Of a DNA stretch of 64,000 nucleotides, positions 31,278 to 41,000 are shown one piece after another. Under the pieces are notes generated by a model. The model was not told the DNA's origin. It searched no databases and worked only from the letters and a program-made list of their open reading frames with translations. Source of the stretch: Sphingomonadales bacterium (lineage in GTDB: Bacteria; Pseudomonadota; Alphaproteobacteria; Sphingomonadales; G965227345). Position numbers and translations under genes: made by a program. How positions within the stretch are numbered: position 1 is the first letter of the stretch; the number at the start of each line of letters is the position of its first letter. The stretch covers positions 3,719,293-3,783,292 of the forward strand of contig OZ245755.1 in assembly GCA_965227345.1 (NCBI GenBank). Reading direction: 5' to 3'.

Positions 31278-32708
31278 ATGTATAATGACTATAGCCGTTT
31301 GAACAGGAGACAAAGTGTGAAGACTGCCGTTGGAACAGATTGTTTGTGGACAAAACAGCATCGCCTGTTTCATGGCGTCGTGGGGCTGATGCTGGCGCTG
31401 TTTCTGGCAATATGGATGACGCCTGCCCATGCAGTGTTGAAGGTAGATATTACACGTGGTGCAGATGCGCCGCTTCCGATCGCCATTCCCGGGCTTTACG
31501 GCAGTTCCGCCGAAAACACCAGTGCAGGTACCAGCTCGGAAATTGGTCAGCGTATGGCGCAGGTTGTGACGGCCGATCTGGAGCGAAGCGGGTTGTTCAG
31601 GGCAATTGATCCACGGGCATTTGTCCTGTCTCCGGGGGCGACGAATGTGCGCCCCAAGTTTGGCAACTGGCGGGCGATTAACGCGCAGGCTCTGGTCACG
31701 GGCCTTGTGACCTTGCAAAGCGACGGGCGGCTGAGAGTGGAATTTCGGCTTTGGGATGTGCTGGCAGAAAGCCAGATGGCGGGCTACCAGTATTTTGCCA
31801 CGCCAGATACCTGGCGTCGCGTTGCCCATATTATTGCTGATGCTATTTACAAACGCCTGACCGGTGAAGATGGCTATTTTGACAGTCGTATTGTTTATGT
31901 GGCGGAAACCGGGCCTAATACAAGCCGGATAAAACGTCTTGCCATGATGGATCAGGACGGATTCAATCACCGGTTTTTGACGGATGGCAAGAATCTGGTG
32001 TTGACCCCCCGGTTTTCACCAACCAGCCAGGAAATAACCTATCTGGCCTATTACAACGACAGGCCAAGGGTTTATCTTTACAATATTGACAGTGGCAAGC
32101 AGGAGGTTCTTGGAGACTTTCCGGGCATGACCTTTGCGCCCCGGTTTTCCCCGGATGGCAATAATGTCATCATGAGCATGGCCAGTCGCGGCAATTCCGA
32201 CATCTACGAACTTGATCTGCGCACCCGACGTTCTGTGCGGTTGACCAGCAATCCGGCCATTGACACTTCCCCGTCTTATGCGCCGGACGGACAATTTATT
32301 ACTTTCAACTCCGACCGGGGAGGGAGCCAGCAAATTTACGTCATGAAATCAGATGGTTCGGATGTTAAACGAATCAGTTTTGGTGAAGGAAAATATGGCA
32401 CGCCGGTATGGTCACCACGCGGAGACTGGATTGCATTCACAAAAATATGGAAAGGCAAGTTTTATATTGGCGTGATGAAAACGGATGGTCGCGGAGAACG
32501 CCTGTTGACAGAAAGTTATCTGGATGAAGGGCCGACATGGGCGCCAAACGGCAGAGTTCTCATGTTTTTCCGTCAGCAGCCATATGACAGATATGGCAAA
32601 GGGGGGGATACTCACCTGTGGTCAATTGATTTAACAGGGAAAAATTTGAGACAAATTATCACGCCGCTGGATGCATCTGACCCGGCATGGTCACCTCTGA
32701 TACAATAG
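31278..32708 (+). CDS. tolB: Tol-Pal system beta-propeller protein TolB
   Basis: Signal sequence [14 protein letters not shown] and repeated FSPDG/YAPDG/WSPRG propeller blades. The true start may be internal. Confidence 0.9.
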   Translation: MYNDYSRLNRRQSVKTAVGTDCLWTKQHRLFHGVVGLMLALFLAIWMTPAHAVLKVDITRGADAPLPIAIPGLYGSSAENTSAGTSSEIGQRMAQVVTADLERSGLFRAIDPRAFVLSPGATNVRPKFGNWRAINAQALVTGLVTLQSDGRLRVEFRLWDVLAESQMAGYQYFATPDTWRRVAHIIADAIYKRLTGEDGYFDSRIVYVAETGPNTSRIKRLAMMDQDGFNHRFLTDGKNLVLTPRFSPTSQEITYLAYYNDRPRVYLYNIDSGKQEVLGDFPGMTFAPRFSPDGNNVIMSMASRGNSDIYELDLRTRRSVRLTSNPAIDTSPSYAPDGQFITFNSDRGGSQQIYVMKSDGSDVKRISFGEGKYGTPVWSPRGDWIAFTKIWKGKFYIGVMKTDGRGERLLTESYLDEGPTWAPNGRVLMFFRQQPYDRYGKGGDTHLWSIDLTGKNLRQIITPLDASDPAWSPLIQ

Positions 32709-32912
32709 CGCCCTTGATACGGGTGTGAGTGTATAGTAAAAGAATAATTACAAAGGGTGTACATGTCGTGGGAAGGGTTATCCTCTGATAAAGCGTAATT
32801 ATGTTACGAAAAACAATCGGTTGATTAAGTCCGGGTGCTCGGGAACAAGTTGAATAAGTCCGAGTGTTCGGTCAAAACAAGTTAAACAATGAGCTGTGGA
32901 AGGAACCACCTT

Positions 32913-33446
32913 ATGCTTCAAAGAAGCTTCGGCCTAACAATGTTAGGCATTGCAGCAGCGGCACTTCTGGTGTCGGGCTGTTCATCGACAAAAAAATCTG
33001 CACCCGTAGAAGAAACAGTTCAGCAGGAACCTGCTGTTTATGAACCTCAGGAACCTGTGGTCTCCGAACCTGTTTATCAGGGACCGGAAGCGGGCAGCCA
33101 GGAAGATCTGCAACAGGCTGCAGGCGACATGGTATTCTTTGGATTCGATCGATATGACCTGTCCGCGGAAGCTCGTGCTACGCTGGAAGCTCAGGCACGC
33201 TGGATGGCACAGAATCCTTCAGTAGACCTGATCATTGAAGGTCATTGTGATGAACGCGGTACCCGCGAATACAACCTTGCACTGGGTGAGCGTCGTGCAA
33301 CGGCTGCCAAGAACTATCTGGTCGCACTGGGTGTTTCCAGTGGCCGGCTTGAAACTGTCAGCTATGGTAAGGAACGTCCGATGGTGCTGGGCAACGATGC
33401 CGAAGCATGGGCGAAAAATCGTCGGGCACTCAGCCGTGTAAAATAG
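32913..33446 (+). CDS. pal: peptidoglycan-associated lipoprotein Pal
   Basis: Start MLQRSF (atg at 32913). Lipobox LLVSGC. OmpA-like domain IEGHCDERGTREYNLALGERRA...NRRA. Confidence 0.9.
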   Translation: MLQRSFGLTMLGIAAAALLVSGCSSTKKSAPVEETVQQEPAVYEPQEPVVSEPVYQGPEAGSQEDLQQAAGDMVFFGFDRYDLSAEARATLEAQARWMAQNPSVDLIIEGHCDERGTREYNLALGERRATAAKNYLVALGVSSGRLETVSYGKERPMVLGNDAEAWAKNRRALSRVK

Positions 33447-33466
33447 CATTGACGATATGCTTGTTT

Positions 33467-33508
33467 GAAAACCCGCGCTTTTGCATGACAAAGGCGCGGG
33501 TTTTCTCT
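33467..33508 (+). terminator. intrinsic terminator after pal
   Basis: aaacccgcgc (33468-33478 region) pairs with gcgcgggttt (33494-33503) and is followed by ttttctct. Confidence 0.6.
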
Positions 33509-33626
33509 ATTCAGGACACAGAGGTTTATATGAATAGCGGCCATAGAGTTGCCAGAATGTACTGTCAGAATGAATTATATTAAGGTATCCCTTGGTTGAC
33601 ATTTCTGCTGCGAAGGATTTGAAAAG

Positions 33627-34547
33627 ATGTATTTGCGACATATGCCAGTTATGAAACAGAAGAATATCAAGGCCTGTTTCATAGCATTGGTGGTTCTGGG
33701 CATATTATCGGGCGTTTCCGGCATACCGGCTGGCGCGCAAAGTGTCGACAAGAGAATAGACCGTCTTGAGCGCCAGTTGAACGCTGTGCAGCGCAAGGTA
33801 TTCGGGAACAGCAGCGTGCCGGATGAGCCGACTGTCATGGTGCCGACAAATCAGACTGTGCCGGGCCCCCGGGCCGCTGATACTGAAATCCGGTTAACAG
33901 ACATGGAAAATCAGTTGCGCCAGATGACCGGTCAAATGGAAGAAGCCAACTTTAGACTGGGGCAGATGGAGCGCCAGCTCGAGAAAACCATACAGGATTT
34001 TGAATTTCGCCTGAATGCTTTGGAGGGCGGTAGCAGTCCTTCGGCTTCGCCGTCGGTGCCGGCAACGCCTGTGTCGCCTTCTGCGTCATCAGGGGCACCA
34101 GAGCCAGCCCCTGATGTGTCAGCGACTGTTGCTGAACCGGCTAACAATACAACACTTCCCGCCGGGAATGCTGCGACGGATTATGACAATGCCTACAAAC
34201 TGCTGGCAGCTGGAAAATATGCCGAATCAGAAGGGGCTTTCAAGAGATTTCTGGAAACATATCCCGATGACGATCTGGCGTCGAATGCCCAGTATTGGCT
34301 TGGGCAATCATATTACGTGCGCGGAGATTACCAGACGGCGGCCCAGACGTTTCTGGACGGCTATCAAAAACACCCAAAAAGTCCAAAAGCACCAGCTTAT
34401 CTTTTGAAAATCGGCATCACGCTGAATAAGCTTGGGCAAGCCGAGGATGCCTGTGATGTGTATCGAGAGCTTTCGACGCAATTCCCGACGTCGCAGGAAG
34501 CCACGACGCGTCTGGCACCTGAACGCCAGGCTGCAAAGTGTAAATAA
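33627..34547 (+). CDS. cpoB: Tol-Pal system protein CpoB/YbgF
   Basis: Signal peptide, N-terminal coiled coil (RLERQLNAVQRKV...NQLRQMTGQMEEANFRLGQMERQLE), S/P-rich linker and C-terminal TPR domain (AQYWLGQSYYVRGDY). Confidence 0.85.
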   Translation: MYLRHMPVMKQKNIKACFIALVVLGILSGVSGIPAGAQSVDKRIDRLERQLNAVQRKVFGNSSVPDEPTVMVPTNQTVPGPRAADTEIRLTDMENQLRQMTGQMEEANFRLGQMERQLEKTIQDFEFRLNALEGGSSPSASPSVPATPVSPSASSGAPEPAPDVSATVAEPANNTTLPAGNAATDYDNAYKLLAAGKYAESEGAFKRFLETYPDDDLASNAQYWLGQSYYVRGDYQTAAQTFLDGYQKHPKSPKAPAYLLKIGITLNKLGQAEDACDVYRELSTQFPTSQEATTRLAPERQAAKCK

Positions 34548-34594
34548 GCCTGTCATGACGCAGGGCAGGCTGATCTTCAGAGGCGGCTTGTCGT

Positions 34595-36550
34595 TTAATT
34601 GTCCGGGAAGTCAACAATGGTCAACCGGACATGAGAGCTTCGACCCGTGCCAGACAAAATTTCCAGCTTTGCCCCAATGGTCTGTGCGATTTGTGACGCG
34701 ACAAGCAGAGCGTAACTGCCCTGACAAGCTTTCGTGCCCGGTGGCCAGTTGGCTTCAGGCTCTGGCGAGCGTCCAAAGAGCGGAATGCTGAGAATGGCCT
34801 GGCGGAGATGATTGTCAACAGCCATCCTGATGGATAGCGGCTGGTCACCCTTGGCCCAGTCAATTGCGGTCACCAGAACCTTTACCAGGCATCGCTGAAT
34901 AGCCTCGCCGTCATTCAGCAGTGTGATGTCCTGATCTGACTGGAACTCGGCAAGCTCAATCTTGCGAACGGCAGCATGCTTTCTAACGTCGGATACGCAA
35001 GTTTTTACAACTGATTTAAGAGAAATAAATCGGGGCCTGACAGCCTGCTTTCCTGCTTTTAACTTTGCGGCGTCCAGCACATCCGTAATGACATTTTTTA
35101 AATGGTGGGCTGAGTGCAGTATTTTTCTGGTCTGCTCGTGATACTGATCATTTACCGGCCCCAGTGTTTCGTGGTCAATCATTTCAGAAAAGCCAAGAAT
35201 TGCATTCAGCGGGGTGCGGAACTCATGGCTGAGATTCTGCACGGTTTCGGCAGCGCGTTTTTCGGCTTCCGATTGGGCGTTTTCCTGTGTTCCGGGAACG
35301 GAGGTGCCAAGCATGGTCGTATCTGTGTTGTCCGCGCTTGCCGAATACATGCCGGGATAGTCGGCAATCTGGCGATTGGGGGTGGTCTTGACATCATTAT
35401 AAACATCAAGCGTATTCTGGTGATCGCCGCGTGGCTGCTCCGGCCCGGACCCAAAGTCCGAAACAGGCTCCGCGAGTGCGGAGCGTTCCAAATTGCTGTC
35501 AGGGGCATGGTTGTTGTGTGCCGGGGCCATCAGGTCAGCTTCCGTGGCGGTACCACGGAAGCCCAGGAAGCGACCGGTTCCCAGATCAAAACGCGGTACG
35601 CCGCTTACCTGCCAGTACCGGTCACGCCCTAGCCTGTCAGTTGTCATGATATCAATGGACCGGAAGGGGCGGCGCAGATCAAGGATATCCTGCAAATCCT
35701 GATAGGGAAGGTCCGGGTCACATGCCAGACAATAATCTCCAAGATAAAAACCACGCATTGTCTGCGCCGGGCGTCCAAACGCAATATAGGCACTGTCGCT
35801 CAGGCTGTTGATATCGCCCGCACGCCCTGTTTCCCAGGTCCAGTCCGTTGAAGACCGTGTAATATCCTGAAACCGTTTTGGGTCAACGCGTTCTGAACGA
35901 TCTATTGTCTGTTTTGTGACCTTGCTTTTGTCGGCGCTGTTCTTTTGGGAACCGGTGTGGCGTATCGTTGCCGACTGTGCCTGAGCTTGATGATCGTCAG
36001 CGCTTTCTGCACGCTTTGGGGCCTTTGCAATTTCTTCGGCCTTCAGATTCTGCTCATGGCCTGCGGGGGCGTTTTTAGGATGTTCCGGTTTCCCGTTATC
36101 GCCGACTGTTGCTTCAGCTTTGCGCAGGGCCTTTTTCAAAGCCTTCCGGACATTATCAGAAAGCTCTTTACGTTTGGCTATCCAGTTCAGGTGATCTATC
36201 GAGCCGTTTTTAATAACCTCAAGCAAAGTTTCTTCCGGAACAGTAGCATGTTCCAGAAGAGGGCCGGAAACCTCGATCACGTCATGAACAAGAAGATTGA
36301 TCAGTTCTGGTGGCGGAGAAGGCATGGAGTATAGTTGCCCGGCCAGCTCACGGCGGACACGCAAATCAACCTTCGGTAATAAATCGACCAGAATATCGTG
36401 TAACATAGTTCTTTGCGCGGGAGCTTTCCGCACCATTCCCTGATAAAAAAGCCCCGACAATTGCCGGAACAAATGCCCGATTTTCTTCGGATCATCTTTT
36501 GCCTGCGCAATGAGCAGGTCAAATTTAGCACTTAGGCCTGAATTCCGCAT
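34595..36550 (-). CDS. sensor histidine kinase-like protein with DUF2336-like N-terminus and degenerate ATPase domain
   Basis: 651 aa. The N-terminal approximately 130 aa resemble DUF2336. There is a central PAS-like segment and the H-box LSHEFRTPLNAILGFSEMI. In the C-terminal domain I cannot find N-box Asn, DxGxG or GxGLG motifs by eye. Confidence 0.65.
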   Translation of the reverse strand: MRNSGLSAKFDLLIAQAKDDPKKIGHLFRQLSGLFYQGMVRKAPAQRTMLHDILVDLLPKVDLRVRRELAGQLYSMPSPPPELINLLVHDVIEVSGPLLEHATVPEETLLEVIKNGSIDHLNWIAKRKELSDNVRKALKKALRKAEATVGDNGKPEHPKNAPAGHEQNLKAEEIAKAPKRAESADDHQAQAQSATIRHTGSQKNSADKSKVTKQTIDRSERVDPKRFQDITRSSTDWTWETGRAGDINSLSDSAYIAFGRPAQTMRGFYLGDYCLACDPDLPYQDLQDILDLRRPFRSIDIMTTDRLGRDRYWQVSGVPRFDLGTGRFLGFRGTATEADLMAPAHNNHAPDSNLERSALAEPVSDFGSGPEQPRGDHQNTLDVYNDVKTTPNRQIADYPGMYSASADNTDTTMLGTSVPGTQENAQSEAEKRAAETVQNLSHEFRTPLNAILGFSEMIDHETLGPVNDQYHEQTRKILHSAHHLKNVITDVLDAAKLKAGKQAVRPRFISLKSVVKTCVSDVRKHAAVRKIELAEFQSDQDITLLNDGEAIQRCLVKVLVTAIDWAKGDQPLSIRMAVDNHLRQAILSIPLFGRSPEPEANWPPGTKACQGSYALLVASQIAQTIGAKLEILSGTGRSSHVRLTIVDFPDN

Positions 36551-36694
36551 CTTTTTGTAACTAAACTACCCGCACACATACATTCCCAAACCTGTCTTCA
36601 GCACAAAAACCATACAAGATATGAGGTTGAGCTACAAAAAGGCACTATCACTATACATGTGATCGGGTCGGAACACCAGATGGTGAATAAAAAA

Positions 36695-37981
36695 TTAACG
36701 TGACGACGTCGAAGCGGCAGGTGCCATATATTTAAGTGCTGGAATGTATCTGGATATGTGACGGAATATGCCATGTTCTTCGATCCACAAGGCATATGTG
36801 ACATAGGTGGGATCACGGGAGAGATGCTTTTCTTCCATTTTGGCCCTAAAGAAATAAATAGCATTGACCATCAGCAGAAGGCAGCAGTTCCTGAAAGCAT
36901 CTGTCATGCCTATGCCAGGAATAAAGGGAATGGAGATCAGCCACCAGGACAGGTTTTTGGAAATATAGGCCGGGTGTTTGGTGAATCTGAACGGGCCATT
37001 GGTCAGAATACCGCGGTGGGTAAGGTTTGAAAATCTCAGCCCGAACGTAACCGTGGCCCAACCATAGACGGCAACACAGGTCAAAATCAGAATGCCCCAG
37101 ATCATTTGCACGGATGGGTAGTTTTTAAGCCATCCCAGCCAGTTTATGGCATCTTCATATTTGAAATATTTCCCCGAAACCGCCGCCCAGAAAGGCGGGT
37201 AGCAGAGCAGCGTGACAAACCAGCCAAAAAAGAAGGGATGGCTGGATCTTATATGGGCGTCCACCAGACGCAGTGTCATGAGGTACCCGGCAACGGCAAA
37301 GATAAGATCAATATAATATAAAAAGTTCAGGCACCAGAAATAGGTGCCAATAAAAGTTTCTGATTGCACCTTGAACGGATGCGACATGAGCCAGCCGATA
37401 TTGTTGTTCAGGAATATCAGCATCAGGGGCAGAAAAAATGCCTTGATCGTCCAGCCCAGCCAGTGTTCCTTGAGTTTTGTGTAGTCCAGTGCACGCCATC
37501 GTCCCCATACAAGTTGCCCCATATGCCAGTACCCGTCTTTCGGCTGGATCATGTGGCTATCAACAAAAACAAAATAAGGTACAGCGAGCAGGATAAACCC
37601 GGGTAGAAACAATGGTGCCTTGTCAAGGAAGGGGTCATAAAAGTCAGTATTATATTCAGGCAATAGCCAATAGACAAAACTGATAATAGCCAGCGTGGCC
37701 AGAAGCCCCATAAGTTTGGTCAGGACGCGTTTTACATTTACCTGTAACGGGCGGGCGCTGGAAAAGTCCAGCCCCGTGGTAGGGCGACGGTAAACCTTCA
37801 GAAGAAACACTTCCCCGATCATTATGGGCAGGGCAGCCGCGAGCACACAGAATACGGCGGCGGCACCCCGGGAAATATCGCTTCCTGTTAGCAAAATAAT
37901 GGCGAGCGACCCGGAGAAAAAACCTGCGAGGTTAATGGCTGTATGAGTAACCGAGCCGGGTGGCTGTGGGGGCGCACGCAT
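36695..37981 (-). CDS. polytopic membrane protein with C-terminal ICMT/PEMT-type methyltransferase domain
   Basis: 428 aa with about 8-10 hydrophobic helices. The C-terminal motifs LTHRGILTNGPFRFTKHPAYISKNLSWW and RAKMEEKHLSRDPTYVTYALW match the isoprenylcysteine carboxyl methyltransferase family pattern (GxYxxxRHPxY ... EExxL...Y..Y). Confidence 0.7.
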   Translation of the reverse strand: MRAPPQPPGSVTHTAINLAGFFSGSLAIILLTGSDISRGAAAVFCVLAAALPIMIGEVFLLKVYRRPTTGLDFSSARPLQVNVKRVLTKLMGLLATLAIISFVYWLLPEYNTDFYDPFLDKAPLFLPGFILLAVPYFVFVDSHMIQPKDGYWHMGQLVWGRWRALDYTKLKEHWLGWTIKAFFLPLMLIFLNNNIGWLMSHPFKVQSETFIGTYFWCLNFLYYIDLIFAVAGYLMTLRLVDAHIRSSHPFFFGWFVTLLCYPPFWAAVSGKYFKYEDAINWLGWLKNYPSVQMIWGILILTCVAVYGWATVTFGLRFSNLTHRGILTNGPFRFTKHPAYISKNLSWWLISIPFIPGIGMTDAFRNCCLLLMVNAIYFFRAKMEEKHLSRDPTYVTYALWIEEHGIFRHISRYIPALKYMAPAASTSSR

Positions 37982-38064
37982 AAATTAAGTACCGATAAGT
38001 TCAGGCCGGGCACAGAATAGTCTGCCTAAACTGAATGCAGGCAAAGAAGTTATGCGTGCCAATA

Positions 38065-41000
38065 TCATTTCCGGCGCCGCCTTCTTGTGACGCCGTATGC
38101 CAGCCCTGCCAGCCCTGACCCGAATATGACCAGTGTCGCAGGGGTCGGAACTGTCCTTGGTGACAGCAAGGTTAGTGTCATGCTGTCGCCGCTACGGATT
38201 GGACTTAACCCGCCATAATAAAGGATATCCAGTGTCAGGATATAGCTGCCGGGCTCATCAAACAGGTCACCAAACAAAGAGGTATCCAGCCTGAAGGGCG
38301 TTGATCCGGTTGCAAAACCCAGGCTGACTGTATCAAGCAGCCATTCGATGGTGAAATCTTCTTCCAGCATCGGCGGGTCAATAGAACAGAGGCCCAGCTC
38401 ATCAAAGGTTGAGCCACAGAAATCCAGGTCAAATACATCGTCCATCAGGCCGATCTGGTCCGGACCGGCGTCTGCAACAAGAAGAGCCTCATTTCCACCA
38501 CCGCTCGAGGACGAGGTGTCTCCGCCACTCGAGGAGGAGGTGTCTCCGCCGCTGGAGGATGACGTGTCACCGCCGCTGGAGGATGACGTATCGCCGCCGC
38601 TCGACGATGACGTGTCCCCGCCGCTGGAGGATGATGTATCACCACCGCTGGAGGAAGATGTGTCCCCACCACTCGAGGATGATGTATCACCACCGCTGGA
38701 GGAAGATGTGTCCCCACCACTTGAGGATGAGGTGTCACCACCGCTTGAAGATGAGGTGTCTCCGCCGCTGGAGGATGACGTGTCCCCGCCGCTGGAGGAT
38801 GACGTATCGCCGCCGCTTGAGGAGGAGGTGTCCCCACCGCTGGAGGATGAGGTGTCACCACCGCTCGAGGACGAGGTATCACCACCGCTTGAAGATGAGG
38901 TGTCTCCACCGCTCGAGGACGAGGTGTCCCCGCCGCTGGAGGAGGAGGTATCGCCGCCGCCCGACGATGACGTGTCCCCGCCGCTGGAGGATGATGTATC
39001 ACCACCGCTGGAGGAAGATGTATCACCACCGCTGGAGGAAGATGTGTCCCCACCACTTGAGGATGAGGTGTCACCACCGCTGGAGGAGGAGGCATCACCA
39101 CCACTCGAGGAGGATGTGTCACCACCGCTTGAAGATGAGGTATCACCACCGCTGGAGGAAGATGTGTCCCCACCACTTGAGGATGAGGTGTCTCCGCCAC
39201 TGGAGGAGGAGGTATCACCACCGCTTGAAGATGAGGTGTCTCCGCCGATGGAGGATGACGTGTCACCGCCGCTGGAGGATGACGTATCGCCGCCGCTCGA
39301 CGATGACGTGTCCCCGCCGCTGGAGGATGATGTATCACCACCGCTGGAGGAAGATGTGTCCCCACCACTTGAGGATGAGGTGTCACCACCGCTGGAGGAA
39401 GATGTGTCCCCACCACTTGAGGATGAGGTGTCACCACCGCTGGAGGAGGAGGCATCACCACCACTCGAGGAGGATGTGTCACCACCGCTTGAAGATGACG
39501 TGTCACCGCCGCTGGAGGATGACGTATCGCCGCCGCTCGACGATGACGTGTCCCCGCCGCTGGAGGATGAGGTGTCACCACCGCTGGAGGAGGAGGCATC
39601 ACCACCACTCGAGGAGGATGTGTCACCACCGCTTGAAGATGAGGTATCTCCGCCGCTGGAGGATGACGTATCACCTCCGCTGGAGGAAGATGTGTCTCCA
39701 CCACTCGACGATGACGTATCACCGCCACTTGAGGTGTCGCCACCGCTGGAGGATGACCCGGAACTGCCGCCCGAAGATCCACCGGTATCTACCGGGCAGG
39801 TATCCTGGCCTTCTTCCAGCACGCAGTCTTCGTCTCCAGGAACGGCAGGTGTGGTGCCTCCGCTGCTGCTTGAGCTGCTGGTTGAACTGCCCCCGTCAAC
39901 GCCGCTGCTACTACTGCTGGTGCTACTACTGCCACCGCCGCCGCCGCCGAATCCGCCGCCCCCACCCGAGGAGCTTGAAGAGCTCGATGAACTCGAAGAA
40001 CTGGAGCTTGAAGAACTGGAGGTGCTGCCACTGGATGATATGAACGTAGCCCTGCCACCGCCAGCACCAGGTGCAGCAAAGTTATTTGCAAAGCGTGTGC
40101 GCGGCGAAGGATAATTGGCGAATTGCGAAATCGGGCTTTCGCCGAAATCATAGAATACGGGTGAACCTGCTGCTGTTTCAGTGCTTTCCAGAAGTGCCGC
40201 CAGACGATCCTGCAGGTCTTTTTCGATCTGCCCCAGATCAGAAGGACTGATCACCACTGCAGATATATATGTGTCACCTTCTGCAGGCGGGTCGAGTATA
40301 ATCTGAATGGTGTTGTCGCTGACAATTGCATGGGTTGACAGGATTTTTCCGGCAACTTCTTCGTTTGCAAAACTGATCAGGCGCGGGCCGTTCGCATCAC
40401 TTTGGCTGATCTGTTTGGAAATCTCGTTGATGCCGCCGGTGCCAAGCAATGCATAAGACCCGAAAGTTTCGTCTGTCAGATCGACAACCCGGACATCAGA
40501 GCCATTTGATCGCACGCCACTGCCAAAGGGGAATGAAGCTGTCGCAGGTTTTAGCGATGTTCCGGACAGCAGATAAATATTATAGATGCCAGCAGATCTG
40601 TTGGCTGAAAAAGATTCAACACGTTTGATGCCGTCGTTGACAAGGCCGCTGACGACAGTACCTTCAAAGGCTTCTGCATCAGGTCCCTTCACAGGTTCAT
40701 CTGCCGGGCCAACCCGCATGAATTCGCCATAAGCGCGTTTGCCGGCCGGTCCCAGATCCCACCCCTCGTCCCCGTCATTCAGGGCAAAGCCATCCTGCAT
40801 GAACAATGGCATTTCATATGCGGCCAATGCAGAATTTCTGAAGGCGTCCAGAATACGTTGCGCAGCTTGTGCAGCTTTGGGAAAGTCTCGCAATACGGAA
40901 TGACCGCCCATTGCGTCGGTCAGATCTTCAGCCAGAGACTTCAGCGCTTTGTCATTTCCCCCTGCAGTATCAAAATAAGCCTGTAGATCACGCAAACCTT

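Noticed and set aside
30936-31970. 344-aa minus-strand ORF antisense to tolA/tolB.
   Set aside because: The sense strand encodes clear TolA and TolB proteins. The antisense product is compositionally odd (rich in Cys, His and Arg) and has no homology features, so it is a shadow ORF.
36695-37981. Whether this polytopic membrane protein next to the cargo gene is the missing exosortase.
   Set aside because: Its conserved C-terminal motifs are ICMT/PEMT-type methyltransferase motifs. I could not see the exosortase Cys/Arg/His signature pattern, so I call it a methyltransferase-family protein.
38497-39744. Strict short periodicity that could superficially resemble a CRISPR or other non-coding repeat array.
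   Set aside because: The units are contiguous with no spacers, the 24-bp period is a multiple of three, and the array lies inside a long ORF. The variation is synonymous. There are no cas genes in the window.
38348-40114. Very long ORFs overlapping the repeat array in other frames: 588 aa (EDEVSPPL repeats) and 544 aa (RWRM repeats) on the plus strand, and 445 aa at 38445..39782 on the minus strand.
   Set aside because: They exist only because the 24-bp unit lacks stop codons in these frames. They have no signal sequence, no sensible termini and no flanking translation signals. The 1111-aa minus-strand frame has a signal peptide, non-repetitive domains and a PEP-CTERM sorting signal.
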